A DNA stretch of 64,000 nucleotides, taken from Macrostomum hystrix (Eukaryota > Animalia > Platyhelminthes). Both the position numbers and the translations under genes were made by a program. The stretch spans positions 9,176,001 through 9,240,000 of the forward strand of contig CATNEN010000007.1 of the NCBI GenBank assembly GCA_950097015.1, given 5' to 3'. The notes under the pieces were generated by a model. The model made no database searches. It saw nothing but the letters and a program-made list of their open reading frames with translations, and was not told where the DNA came from. This document shows, one piece after another, positions 23,968-36,166 of this stretch (within the stretch, counting starts at the first letter, position 1; each line of letters starts with the position of its first letter).

Positions 23968-25330
23968 AAATCCTCAATTCCTTGTATCCCATTCAGCACC
24001 TGAGATTTCAAATCCCTAATTTCTCGAATCCCATTCAGCACCTGAGATTTCAAATCCCTAATTTCTCGAATCCCATTCAGCACCTGAGATTTCAAATCCC
24101 TAATTCCTTGAATCCCATTCAGCACCTGAGATTTCAAATCCCTAATTTCTCGAATCCCATTCAGCACATGAGAGTTAAAATCCCTAAATCATTTAATCCT
24201 ATTCAGCACCTGAGAGTTAAAATCCCTAATTCATTTAATCCCATTCAGCACCTGAGAGTTAAAATCCCTAATTCATTTAATCCCATTCAGCACCTGAGAG
24301 TTAAAATCCCTAATTTCTCGAATCCCATTCAGCACCTGAGAGTTAAAATCCCTAATTCATTTAATCCCATTCAGCACCTGAGAGTTAAAATCCCTAATTT
24401 CTCGAATCCCATTCAGCACTAGAGAGTTAAAATCCCTAATTCCTTGAATCCCATTCAGCACCTGAGAGTTAAAATCCCTAATTCATTTAACCCCATTCAG
24501 CACCTGAGAGTTAAAATCCCTAATTTCTCGAATCCCATTCAGCACTAGAGAGTTAAAATCCCTAATTCCTTGAATCCCATTCAGCACCTGAGATTTCAAA
24601 TCCCTAATTTCTCGAATCCCATTCAGCACATGAGAGTTAAAATCCCTAATTCATTTAATCCCATTCAGCACCTGAGAGTTAAAATCCCTAATTCATTTAA
24701 TCCCATTCAGCACCTGAGAGTTAAAATCCCTAATTCATTTAATCCCATTCAGCACCTGAGAGTTAAAATCCCTAATTTCTCGAATCCCATTCAGCACTAG
24801 AGAGTTAAAATCCCTAATTTCTTGAATCCCATTCAGCACCTGAGATTTCAAATCCCTAATTTCTCGAATCCCATTCAGCACATGAGAGTTAAAATCCCTA
24901 ATTCATTTAATCCCATTCAGCACCTGAGAGTTAAAATCCCTAATTCATTTAATCCCATTCAGCACCTGAGAGTTAAAATCCCTAATTCATTTAATCCCAT
25001 TCAGCACCTGAGAGTTAAAATCCCTAATTCATTTAATCCCATTCAGCACCTGAGAGTTAAAATCCCTAATTCATTTAATCCCATTCAGCACCTGAGAGTT
25101 AAAATCCCTAATTTCTCGAATCCCATTCAGCACCTGAGAGTTAAAATCCCTAATTCCTTGAATCCCATTCAGCACCTGAGAGTTACAATCCCTAATTTAT
25201 TTGATCCCATTCAGAACCTGAGATTTCAAATTCCTAATTCGTTGGATCCGATTCAGCACCTGAGATTTTAATCCCAAAAATCTTTGGATATCAACCAGCA
25301 TTCTGCACCTGAGATTTTAAATACCCAATT
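23968..25330. repeat. 42-bp minisatellite AATCCCATTCAGCACCTGAGAGTTAAAATCCCTAATTCATTT
   Basis: About 31 copies. Confidence 0.95.
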
Positions 25331-25507
25331 CAGAATAATATAGAAATTAATTACAACTATGGGATCACGATACGCAGAAATTCCTCTGCATTATGTTTAC
25401 TATCCCAGATGGGGCTCAAGGAATTTTCCATGCTATATGCGAATTCGCTATATTTGTGCACAAAACTGAAGCTCAGACAATCCCACTTGAATCAGAAATG
25501 AAATTAC

Positions 25508-26621
25508 CTTGGATCCGGGCGAGGTGCGAGACACGCCCTGCCTCTGCTGCACGGCTGTGCCAACTCCACCCTGCTGTTGCTGCGACTGCGCCGAAGCTGG
25601 CAAAGATGGCAGCGGCTGCGACCCTCGCGCGGATGCGGCCCCGCTGTTGACCTCCGCACCGCCGCCGACTCCGGGCGTAACAACTCCGACGGGTGGCACC
25701 CGGCGCACCTCGCTGTCCATCTCGAGGTCCTCCAGGCGCTGCGTGAGCGCCAGCTTCTGCTGAATGGCCATCCGCAACAGCGAGTTCAACGTCTTTCTCT
25801 CATCGTCGGCGGCCTGCAGCTGGCGCTGCATCTCATCGATCTGGGTCATGTACTCCTCGCAGCGCTGGCCGAACATGTTGCGCAGGTTGGCGAAGCCGGC
25901 TGCGTCGTCCTTCAGCGCCTTGAGCTCCGAGCGCAGCCGCAGCATGGTCTCGCTCACCACCTGCTTCTCGTTCTCGTATTTCTGCTTGAGATTGGCAAGC
26001 GCCGACTCGGCCGTGGACTTGTTGGTCTTGAGCACGGCGCGCAGGGTGGCCATCTGCTCCCGCTTGGTGTTCAGCAGCGCCCGAAGCCGAGCCGCCTCCT
26101 CGCGCTGCTCGGCCGCGCTGGCCGCCGCCGCCTCGGTCGTGGAGGCTGCGGCTGACGCGGCTGCGGCGACATCGGCGAGATGACGCCGCAGCAACCGTAG
26201 ACAGTCAGCCTGGCTGGCGAGCTCGTCCAGCGCCGTTTCCATGGAAACGGATGCGCCGGAAGTGCTAAATGCAGCGCTGCTGTGAGCCTCGATCAGCTCG
26301 GCCAGTCGGCGCTGCGGCTCCTGACCTGCCCGCTGGCACAGCTGCAGGTACAGGGCGCCAAAGTCGGCCAGAGCCTGGCGCAGCTCAGCAGCAGTTCGGC
26401 CGCATCGTTCGGTTGCCATAGCAACGCTGGCGCCATTCTCCTCCAGCTGGGCGCGCAGGCGGGAATTGGCCAGCTCGAGGTCGGCCTGGGCGGCGACGAG
26501 GCGGGCGGCGTCGTCCGGGCGCTGCTGGAGGGCCTGGGCGCTGCGCAGGCGGTTGAGGTCGCGCTGAAGGGCGGCGATCTGCCGCAGGGCCACCAGGTAC
26601 TTGTGCTCAAGGGAGGCGTAG
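25508..26621 (-). CDS. BicD: Bicaudal-D exon 6 (CC3 cargo-binding domain)
   Basis: [38 protein letters not shown]...[27 protein letters not shown] is the BicD hallmark; donor AAG|gtaatt. Confidence 0.96.
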
Positions 26622-26959
26622 CTGCGTTGGGCGAATGAGGGCGAAGTTCACCTGATATCTTATAAATATAACTACCTTAGCGATGCCGGCTTGTCTTAAA
26701 TGGCATTACAGAACAGATTACTTTACACAATGCAAAGAGGAAACTGAATCACCGACCTTATATCACTTTTAAATCGAAAATGTTCATTCTCAAAATTGCA
26801 ATCCGCTTGAAAATTACTAGAAAAGCTGTTAACAGAGAAAACTGACTGTCAGACATCCGAAACTGACTGTCAGATATCCGAAACTGACATTCAGAAATCC
26901 ATAAAAGTCTGAAATCTAAAACTGATGACTTCAAAACTGATTGTCAAACATCTAAAACA

Positions 26960-27558
26960 GACAATCAGGCACCCAGGACAGACAGACAGGCACCCAGGAC
27001 AGACAGACAGGCACCCAGGACTGACAGACAGGCACCCAGGATTGACAGACAGGCACCCAGGACTGACAGACAGGCACCCAGGACTGACAGACAGGCACCC
27101 AGGACTGACAGACAGGCACCCAGGACTGACAGACAGGCAACCAGGACTGACAGACAGGCACCCAGGATTGACAGACAGGCACCCAGGATTGACATACAGG
27201 CACCCAGGACTGACAGACAGGCACCCAGGATTGACAGACAGGCACCCAGGACTGACAGACAGGCACCCAGGACTGACAGACAGGCACCCAGGACTGACAG
27301 ACAGGCACCCAGGATTGACAGACAGGCACCCAGGACTGACAGACAGGCACCCAGGATTGACAGACAGGCACCCAGGACTGACAGACAGGCACCCAGGACT
27401 GACAGACAGGCACCCAGGACTGACAGACAGGCACCCAGGACAGACAGACAGGCACCCAAGACAGACAGACAGGCACCCAGGACTGACAGACAGGCACCCA
27501 AGACAGACAGACAGGCACCCAGGACTGACAGACAGGCACCCAGGACTGACAGACAGAC
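26960..27558. repeat. 21-bp minisatellite GACAGACAGGCACCCAGGACT
   Basis: About 28 copies, preceded by degenerate AAACTGACTGTCAGA units (26838-26960). Confidence 0.95.
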
Positions 27559-28234
27559 AAGCTCGCTAGAGGAAGAATTGAAACGCTGTTACCGGCAGGA
27601 ACAGCCCTGGGACCCTCGCAGGCACCAGCAAAAGTTTCAGGCCAATAAAATTTGAGATAAATGCAGCTGTTACTGTTGTTTGCTAGAGTTGAAACTGGCG
27701 TCAAATGCATATTTTGCAGTGGTCAGCATTCAATTACTAACTAAGTATTTGCTGGTTTGTTTGTATTAGAAGACATAGATAAGTTGTTTCAGTTCCTAAG
27801 CTGACAATGGGGACGTATGTTGGTTACGGATTGTGTAATTTAGTCTCGAGATACACAAATTCAAGGTGCACATTATCTAAAAGTACAAAATAATTTTCAA
27901 CTGGACCTTAATGATTCATTAGGTCCTGTGAATTTTTACTTTGAAGTAGCGCTTAATGTAGTGTTAAAATGGTTCAGTCAATAGTACTGGAAACTGGATA
28001 TTCATTGATATCGGTAAAAACACAGCGGGTTAATGAAGGTCAAATGCAAAGTTTACCCATCTGCGTCCGCAGTTTCGCACCTGCAAACGGCGTATTCATT
28101 TTTGCATGCAAATTAGCAACAGCAGATTTTTATATAAGGCTTTCGCAGTGCGCTACTACAAGTAATAAAGTAGTAAACATGTTTAACTTTTATAGCCTCA
28201 TCTACGGTATTGAGGTCTCACAAGCTTTTTCATT

Positions 28235-30487
28235 CTGATCAAATATTTCTGTGAGCAGCATTCTGATCCCATATTCCTGTGTGTAACATCCTGATCAAAT
28301 ATTCCTGTGTGTAACATCCTGATCCCATATTCCTGTGTATAACATCCTGATCCCATATTCCTGTGTGTAACATCCTGATCCCATATTCCTGTGTGTAACA
28401 TCCTGATCCCATATTCCTGTGAGCAGCATTCTGATCCCATATTCCTGTGCGTAATATCCTGATCCCATATTCCTGTGTGTAATATCCTGATCCCATATTC
28501 CTGTGTGTAATATCCTGATCCCATATTCCTGTGAGCAGCATTCTGATCCCATATTCCTGTGTGTAACATCCTGATCCCATATTCCTGTGTGTAACATCCT
28601 GATCCCATATTCCTGTATGTAACATCCTGATCAAATATTCCTGTGTGTAACATCCTGATCCCATATTCCTGTGTATAACATCCTGATCCCATATTCCTGT
28701 GTGTAACATCCTGATCCCATATTCCTGTGTGTAACATCCTGATCCCATATTCCTGTGAGCAGCATTCTGATCCCATATTCCTGTGAGCAGCATCCTGATC
28801 CCATATTCCTGTGTGTAATATCCTGATCCCATATTCCTGTGTGTAACATCCTGATCCCATATTCCTGTGTGTAACATCCTGATCCCATATTCCTGTGTGT
28901 AACATCCTGATCCCATATTCCTGTGTGTAACATCCTGATCCCATATTCCTGTGTGTAATATCCTGATCCCATATTCCTGTGTGTAACATCCTGATCCCAT
29001 ATTCCTGTGAGCAGCATTCTGATCCCATATTCCTGTGTGTAACATCCTGATCCCATATTCCTGTGAGCAGCATTCTGATCCCATATTCCTGTGAGCAGCA
29101 TTCTGATCCCATATTCCTGTGTGTAATATCCTGATCCCATATTCCTGTGAGCAGCATTCTGATCCCATATTCCTGTGTGTAACATCCTGATCCCATATTC
29201 CTGTGTGTAACATCCTGATCCCATATTCCTGTGTGTAACATCCTGATCCCATATTCCTGTGTGTAACATCCTGATCCCATATTCCTGTGTGTAACATCCT
29301 GATCCCATATTCCTGTGTGTAACATCCTGATCCCATATTCCTGTGAGCAGCATTCTGATCCCATATTCCTGTGCGTAATATCCTGATCCCATATTCCTGT
29401 GTGTAACATCCTGATCCCATATTCCTGTGAGCAGCATTCTGATCCCATATTCCTGTGTGTAACATCCTGATCCCATATTCCTGTGTGTAACATCCTGATC
29501 CCATATTCCTGTGTGTAACATCCTGATCCCATATTCCTGTGTGTAACATCCTGATCCCATATTCCTGTGAGCAGCATTCTGATCCCATATTCCTGTGTGT
29601 AACATCCTGATCCCATATTCCTGTGAGCAGCATTCTGATCCCATATTCCTGTTTGCAAGATTCCAATCGCATATCCTGTTTGCAAGATTCCAATCCCATA
29701 TCCTGTTTGTAAGATTCCAATCCCATATCCTGTTTGCAAGATTCCAATCCCATATCCTGTTTGCAAGATTCCAATCCCATATTCCTGTTTGCAAGATTCC
29801 AATCCCATATCCTGTTTGCAAGATTCCAATCCCATACCCTGTTTGCAAGATTCCAATCCCATATCCTGTTTGCAAGTTTCCAATCCCATATTCCTGTTTG
29901 CAAGATTCCAATCCCATATCCTGTTTGCAAGATTCCAATCCCATATCCTGTTTGCAAGATTCCAATCCCATATCCTGTTTGCAAGATTCCAATCCCATAT
30001 CCTGTTTGCAAGATTCCAATCGCATATCCTGTTTGCAAGATTCCAATCCCATACCCTGTTTGCAAGATTCCAATCCCATATCCTGTTTGCAAGTTTCCAA
30101 TCCCATATTCCTGTTTGCAAGATTCCAATCCCATATCCTGTTTGCAAGATTCCAATCCCATATCCTGTTTGCAAGATTCCAATCCCATATTCCTGTTTGC
30201 AAGATTCCAATCCCATATCCTGTTTGCAAGATTCCAATCCCATACCCTGTTTGCAAGATTCCAATCCCATATCCTGTTTGCAAGTTTCCAATCCCATATT
30301 CCTGTTTGCAAGATTCCAATCCCATATCCTGTTTGCAAGATTCCAATCCCATATCCTGTTTGCAAGATTCCAATCCCATATCCTGTTTGCAAGATTCCAA
30401 TCCCATATCCTGTTTGCAAGATTCCAATCGCATATCCTGTTTGCAAGATTCCAATCCCATATCCAGTTTGTAAGATTCCAATCGCAT
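28235..30487. repeat. Compound minisatellite: 28-bp unit (to ~29650), then 27/28-bp unit
   Basis: CTGATCCCATATTCCTGTGTGTAACATC, then GTTTGCAAGATTCCAATCCCATATCCT. Confidence 0.96.
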
Positions 30488-30601
30488 AGTTTCTTTAAAT
30501 CATTTGTGAGCTGCTGCTAATTCAGTTAAAAACGACACTCAGGTAAGAAAAAGCGAGAGACAAGACTAAACAAAGCGAGTTGAGCCAGTCGCAGCACTCA
30601 C

Positions 30602-30798
30602 CGCTTGGCCGGAGCCTCGTCTGGACCGCGGAACTCGGACAGCTCGGACACGGACTGGCTCATGAGGTCAGCGGGGCCGCCTGGCGGGCCCAGATAGGCT
30701 GCGGCAGCGGCTGCAGCGGCGGCTGACGCAGCTGCGGTGGCGGCCGAGTCAGCGTCAGTTTGGCCGAGCCTGGAGGCGAGCCGCAGCTGGTCCATGGC
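30602..30798 (-). CDS. BicD: Bicaudal-D exon 5
   Basis: tcgcag|GCC...CG|gtgagt; phase-consistent, poly-Ala. Confidence 0.75.
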
Positions 30799-30854
30799 CT
30801 GCGAATGCGGCCAGAGCGCATTAACAAATTCACACACGTTATAATAGAAAAATT

Positions 30855-31105
30855 ATGTAGGTCATTGGCTGACCCAAACACTTCTATGAGCTAGGTCATT
30901 GACTGACCCAAACACTTCTATGAGCTAGGTCATTGACTGACCCAAACACTTCTATGAGCTAGGTCATTGACTGACCCAAACACTTCTATGAGCTAGGTCA
31001 TTGACTGACCCAAACACTTCTATGAGCTAGGTCATTGGCTGACCCAAATACTTCTATGAGCTAGGTCATTGGCTGCTGTAAAAACTCGAATGAGCTAGGT
31101 CATAG
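30855..31105. repeat. 34-bp minisatellite CTAGGTCATTGACTGACCCAAACACTTCTATGAG
   Basis: About 6-7 copies. Confidence 0.9.
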
Positions 31106-31121
31106 GCTCTTGATCACTCAC

Positions 31122-31267
31122 CTGCTCGTGCTCAAACCGGTTGGTCTGTAGCTCCCGGCGCAGTCGTTCAATTGTGGCTTCAGCCTCCTCTGCGCGACGC
31201 CGGGCCGATTCGCGCTCCGACTCGCGCTCGCGCAGCTGCCCGGCCAGCTCGCTGTACAGGTCATGAC
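31122..31267 (-). CDS. BicD: Bicaudal-D exon 4
   Basis: ttctcag|GT; HDLYSEL resembles the BicD DLFSEL motif; donor gtgagt. Confidence 0.85.
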
Positions 31268-31387
31268 CTGAGAACACGGGGGGGGGAAAGGTCAACATTG
31301 CTCTGGGCAAATTGGCTTACCTAATGACTATCCCAAACTAGCAAGCCTAGGGTCTTGAGTTGTCGAGTTTTAAAGCTAAATTAGAAT

Positions 31388-31722
31388 CAGCTAATGACAG
31401 CCAAGAATAGGCTAATGACAGCCGAGCATAGGCTGATGACAGCCAAGAACAGGCTAATAGAAGCCAAGAATTGGCTAATGACAGCCAAGAATAAGCTGAT
31501 GACAGCCAAGAATAGGCTAATGGCAGACAAGAATAGGCTAATGACAGCCAAGAATAAGCTGATAACAGCCAGGAATAGGCTAATGGCAGCCAAGAATAGG
31601 CTAATGACAGCCAAGAATAGGCTAATGACAGCCAAGAATAGGCTAATGACAGCCAAGAACAGGCTAATTAAAGCCAAGAATAGGCTAATGAATGACAGCC
31701 AAGAATAGGCTAATTAAAGCCA
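31388..31722. repeat. 21-bp minisatellite GCTAATGACAGCCAAGAATAG (copy A)
   Basis: Tandem copies. Confidence 0.93.
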
Positions 31723-31755
31723 ACTCCTCCATCGCAGCCGGCATTCCCAGCTCAC

Positions 31756-32119
31756 CGGGTGCAGCCGTGGCCTCCAGGTCTCGCTGCACGCTGGTGCTGA
31801 ACTGCTGCAGACTGTCAGCGCTCAATCTGGCGTCCAGCTCCCGCCTGAGCACGTGCTTGGCCTCCCGCTCGGCCTGCAGGGCTTCCTGCGCCTCCTCCAG
31901 GCTCTTCTCAGACACGGAGCGCAGGCGGGCGAGCTCCTCCAGCTGGCCAGACAGGATCTCCGTCTCCTCCAAGAGCCGGCGGCGCTCGTGCTTGACCAGC
32001 TCGAAGTCCAGCTGGGCCCGCTGCGCCTCCAGCAATTTGCGCTCCAGGGCCATGTTTTCGTCGGCCAGCTCGGCGTGGTCGGCCAATTGGCGGGCCTCGC
32101 GAGACTTTAACTCCTTCAC
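31756..32119 (-). CDS. BicD: Bicaudal-D exon 3
   Basis: VKELKSREARQLADHAELADENMALE...FELVKHE...SEKSLEEAQEALQAEREAKHVLRREL. Confidence 0.92.
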
Positions 32120-32195
32120 CTTGGCGGGGAGACGGGTAGGGAAGCGTTAGAGAGCTCATAATAAAAATGTCTCATTAATGGGAGCCTCGAACTAG

Positions 32196-32351
32196 AAAAT
32201 GGGCACCAGCATTAGCAAGGGTAGAAATTTAGCCGTGTGTGACAGCCCACCGCAGTCCATGGACTGAACAGCTGTACGCAACGTTTGGGTGCGCCACACA
32301 ATAGCTGCAGCTGTGCCAATGGCTGCACAGCATGGAAAAAAGGGAAATTTC
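32196..32351 (+). mobile_element. 5'-truncated SINE related to 37978-38275
   Basis: Shares AAATGGG.ACC, CAGTCCATGGACTGAACAGC and CAATAGCTGC.GCTGTGC. Confidence 0.6.
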
Positions 32352-32681
32352 ATAATAATTTGTGGGAGGGCTGCGGGCAATGGCACATCACTTGGTGACA
32401 CTAGACCCGCCGCCAGCGAGGAGGCAATTCTGCCCATTCCGCTGACTCCTGAGCACAAACTCACACAGGTGTGTACATCTGCCCTGACTTTCTCATCGTC
32501 AGGCAGTGTACACTCTCCCTGCGCCTTGGAGGTTGGCCCTCAAGGGCGTAAATTGCACGACAAGCCCCCAAGCCTTCTCTCCACGGCTGCGCCCCAAATA
32601 AATGTGGCCTCGCCGCCGAATCGAGCTCAGGGACCTTGGTGCGAGGGGCAAATGCGTCAGACCGATCTGCCACTCACCCCC
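32352..32681 (-). mobile_element. Putative second tRNA-derived SINE family member
   Basis: A-box-like TGGCAGATCGGT (32672-32661), B-box-like GAGCTCGATTC (32628-32618), structured body, ATTATTAT tail. Confidence 0.5.
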
Positions 32682-33027
32682 ACCGGACAAACAGGGTTAG
32701 TTGTTATGTAATTAATAGGCATCTACAAGTTGTTTAGGAAAAGAATCTACTAAAAACAACACCAAAGCCTCCCCTGGATGCTTAGGTATAAAGTAATGAA
32801 GTACAGTATAGAATATGTGCCCTTTGTTTGATTATTTCAAGCGCTGCGGCTTGCAAATCTTTCAGAAGATCGTCCTGGAAGACGCTATAACAACGACGCG
32901 ACGACTTGGACGCGATGACAAGGATTTTGGTCACCTCTTCCTCCACCGGCATATTCCGGTCTGAATATGTACAGCCGCTTGTCACAGACACAGATAAATT
33001 GTATCTTCATCTGATAAACTATGCGAC

Positions 33028-33441
33028 ATAGGCTAATGACAGCCAAGAATAGGCTAATGATAGCCAAGAATTGGCTAATGACAGCCAAGAATAGGCTAAT
33101 GACAGCCAAGAATAGGCGAATGACAGCCAAGAATAGGCTAATGATAGCCAAGAATAGGCTAATGACAGCCAAGAATAGGCTAATGATAGCCAAGAATTGG
33201 CTAATGACAGCCAAGAATAGGCTAATGATAGCCAAGAATTGGCTAATGACAGCCAAGAATAGGCTAATGACAGCCAAGAATAGGCTAATGATAGCCAAGA
33301 ATTGGCTAATGATAGCCAAGAATTGGCTAATGACAGCCAAGAATAGGCTAATGATAGCCAAGAATTGGCTAATGACAGCCAAGAATAGGCTAATGACAGC
33401 CAAGAATAGGCTAATGAATGACAGCCAAGAATAGGCTAATG
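33028..33441. repeat. 21-bp minisatellite GCTAATGACAGCCAAGAATAG (copy B)
   Basis: Same unit as 31388-31722. Confidence 0.93.
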
Positions 33442-34104
33442 ATGTAAATGAGCTAGTTTTTTTGCTCGTTTATTATATACTTTATAGTCCTGGAATATAC
33501 ATTAGCTCCAAACTGAATGTGCAAGTGCTCAACGGTCATGAACTTTAGTTGAGAACTGAGTCCAGCTCAGCATAGCCCAGCCTAATCAGATAACTGAGCT
33601 CATTATTCACTGCTCAATTTTTTCTACTCTTGAATTCTTGGTTTGCTTGCCAGTTGACCGAATCAGTTTGGCTGGGACAATAAAATTATAGAATTTTCTA
33701 CCGCATCTCAATAGCAATTTCGGCTGTGGTCCTCTACTCATATTTGCAATATTTGAAATATTTTCGCAGGGCTAATGTGAGTGGGTACAGTAATTGAGGC
33801 CTTATCAGCGAAAGCTGCACTATTATTGTCGTGGCTGAATCGAATGCGTTTTTTTCTAACTAGAAATGAACCTACAAAAAACTTTAAACTCAAGCTGAAA
33901 AATGGACTGAAATTGCGCATTTGAGACAAAAACGCTAAAATTTCAGTGGAGTAGCAATCCTATTTTAGGCTCGGAAATTAAACTCAGCCAGAGCCTCCTA
34001 ATGGGTCGGAAAGAAGCTCTCGTAATGTGAGCTCAAGCTCAACATTCGACTCAAGTATCAGAGTAAGAAACAACAGGGCTCCGAGCCTCCCTATCAGTGT
34101 CTTC

Positions 34105-34257
34105 ACTGTCTGACACTTACTACTGTCAGATCGCTATAATCTGACACATTTCTACTGTCAGATCACGATAATCTGACACATTCTACTGTCAGATCACTAT
34201 AATCTGACACATTCTACTGTCAGATCACTATAATCTGACACATTCTACTGTCAGATT
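34105..34257. repeat. 31-bp hairpin-unit tandem repeat CTACTGTCAGATCACTATAATCTGACACATT
   Basis: About 4.5 copies; each unit holds a TGTCAGAT/ATCTGACA inverted repeat. Confidence 0.88.
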
Positions 34258-34408
34258 GTTAGAATTTCTGAGTGGCTGACAATTTACAAACACCATTGCT
34301 TCATTTTGTGCATGTTGTTTCAAGATCAGGGAACCACTTCCATGGTGGTGATAAAAGTGCACATATATATTTTTTTTTAACAGAGGTTAAGTGAGGACGC
34401 CGCCTCAC

Positions 34409-34666
34409 CTCTGAGCGCAGCGAGCGTTTCTCGGCCTCGAGCGCGTGGACAGTCTCGGCCAGGGAGGCGGCCTCCTCGGCCAGCCGGTCCATATCGGCGA
34501 ATCGGCGCTCCTGGTCGGCTGAGCGGGCGCGCAGCTCCGCCTCCAAATCGCCGATGCGCAGCTGAAGGGCGCCCTCGCGGCTGGCGGACTCGCTCAGTAA
34601 TGACTCTTCGCCGGCCTCGCCAGCCTGGGCCTGCCGGCGTTGCTGTACGCTGGCCGACTGCAGCGC
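34409..34666 (-). CDS. BicD: Bicaudal-D exon 2
   Basis: tggcag|GCG; GEAGEESLLSESASREGAL matches BicD 'GE..EESL..ESA.KE'; donor gtgagg. Confidence 0.9.
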
Positions 34667-35944
34667 CTGCCAATGGGCCGGATTTCACCAATGGATGTAG
34701 GGGTTTGAGGATCTTGTCAATAGTCCGGAAGAAGAAGTAATCAACAATTGGTAATTTCAAATAAATTACTAAAATAAGTAAGCCAATTGGTTTTAAATTT
34801 AATCATTTTATTTGTAAAAAAAATACAGTTTTGCACTGTCAATATTTTTATATGTTTGTAAGCATTCTATCATTTTTAATATTATTTATTATGTTCTATA
34901 TACAAGCATATTTATTTTTTATTAATACTATTTTGCTTCATTCCATTATGTGTCTGAAATTCACTTTTTAATATACTTTTCAAAAGCCTCATAAATTTAC
35001 AAACTAATGTTATGTCATTAAATTCGAAATTTCTGCCAAAAAAAGGAAAAAGCCTATATGTACTAACTAGCATATAGTAGCATATTTCTAAATCAAAACA
35101 TGAAGCTCACAAGTTATCCAAAAAAAGATCCAATCAGGCACATCATGTCAGGCAGGATTTAACTAAGGACCACTAAGAGAAGGACAGGACACTTGGGTTT
35201 TTAGAAAATGTATTAAATGCTGATTTTCACAAAAAAATGCACTAGCAAGATAGGAACTTTTCATGTTTTTTTCACATTAAAATGTTGCTAACTTTTTATT
35301 GGAAACAGATTCAATGCTGTTCTTTTAACATAACTTGCAAAATATGTTGGTTTAATGAATGTTAAAAAGCTTTATTTATGAATAATTGATCTTCATTTTT
35401 TTTGTTTATTTATTACTTACACAGTGTATTGAAGGCCTCAAGTTGAGTTTTATGTTTTATACATTTTATCACGTCTCACACTGGAACCAAAATGTATCCA
35501 ATTGGTACCAAAAAGTATAGGCACCAAAACACCCAGCAACAAATAAGACAGATAATCTATACAAATTGATATAATTAACATACAAACTAGTTTTTTCTGT
35601 TTTTGCTTAAAATGTATATTCAGTGTGCCTAGCTCAGCCTATTCTTCCCTAATTTGGTACTCAACTAGCTATGTCTAAGATGTTTGCAATCTTCAATATC
35701 TAGAAAAGTAGCCATTTATAAATCCACTAGCTATTGTAATCTATAATTAGATCATACATAAGCCATTAGGCATACATAGCCTTAAAGTCTTAACAAAATA
35801 TTAAAAATGCCTAAATTTAGGCAATTGCACAACATGTTTCCTATGTAAAAAAATACTATCACTAGCTAGATATGGACACAGCTAAACTAAAGGACGAAAA
35901 TGGAAACAATTTTTGTAAATTTGCAAATACATTGAATAACCAAC

Positions 35945-36166
35945 CTTTCTTGCCAAGTCCAACTCTTGCTTGAGGGTTTCTGCATTGCTTTCAGACTCCT
36001 CTAGCGAGTGTTTCAAGCTACAATTCTCTTCTAGCAAAGCCAGCCCATGTTGGGCTGCTTGGATTTTTTCATTTATTGCATTATCCAGCTCGTTTTGTAA
36101 ACGAACTAATTCTTCTTGGAGAGACATAGCTGCAATGCTGCTATTAATAGTAGTTTCACTTGACAT
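35945..36166 (-). CDS. BicD: Bicaudal-D, coding exon 1
   Basis: ATG; EKIQAAQHGLALLEEN matches the BicD CC1 box (EKIQAAEYGL.VLEE); donor AAG|gttggt. Confidence 0.9.

Noticed and set aside
28198-30520. Very long ORFs (600-735 aa) and other repetitive ORFs (67-620, 18098-19066, 22352-23542, 26925-27710, 60400-61439)
   Set aside because: Open in several frames or strands only because the tandem units lack stops; they lie within introns or non-coding arrays, with no domain signal
32411-32425. Minus-strand GCCTCCTCGCTGGCG, a 15-nt match to the HDV genomic ribozyme P3/L3 core
   Set aside because: No P1 5' strand, P1.1 GG or P2 partner could be placed; the region folds as simple hairpins. An RNArobo/Infernal search of family copies would settle it
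32471-32513. Hammerhead-like CUGACGA...GAAA..GUC on the minus strand
   Set aside because: Only 3 nt between the boxes (no stem II) and no stem III
32782-32991. Protein-like 69-aa minus-strand ORF in BicD intron 2
   Set aside because: No convincing splice sites or homology recognised; possibly a decayed TE fragment
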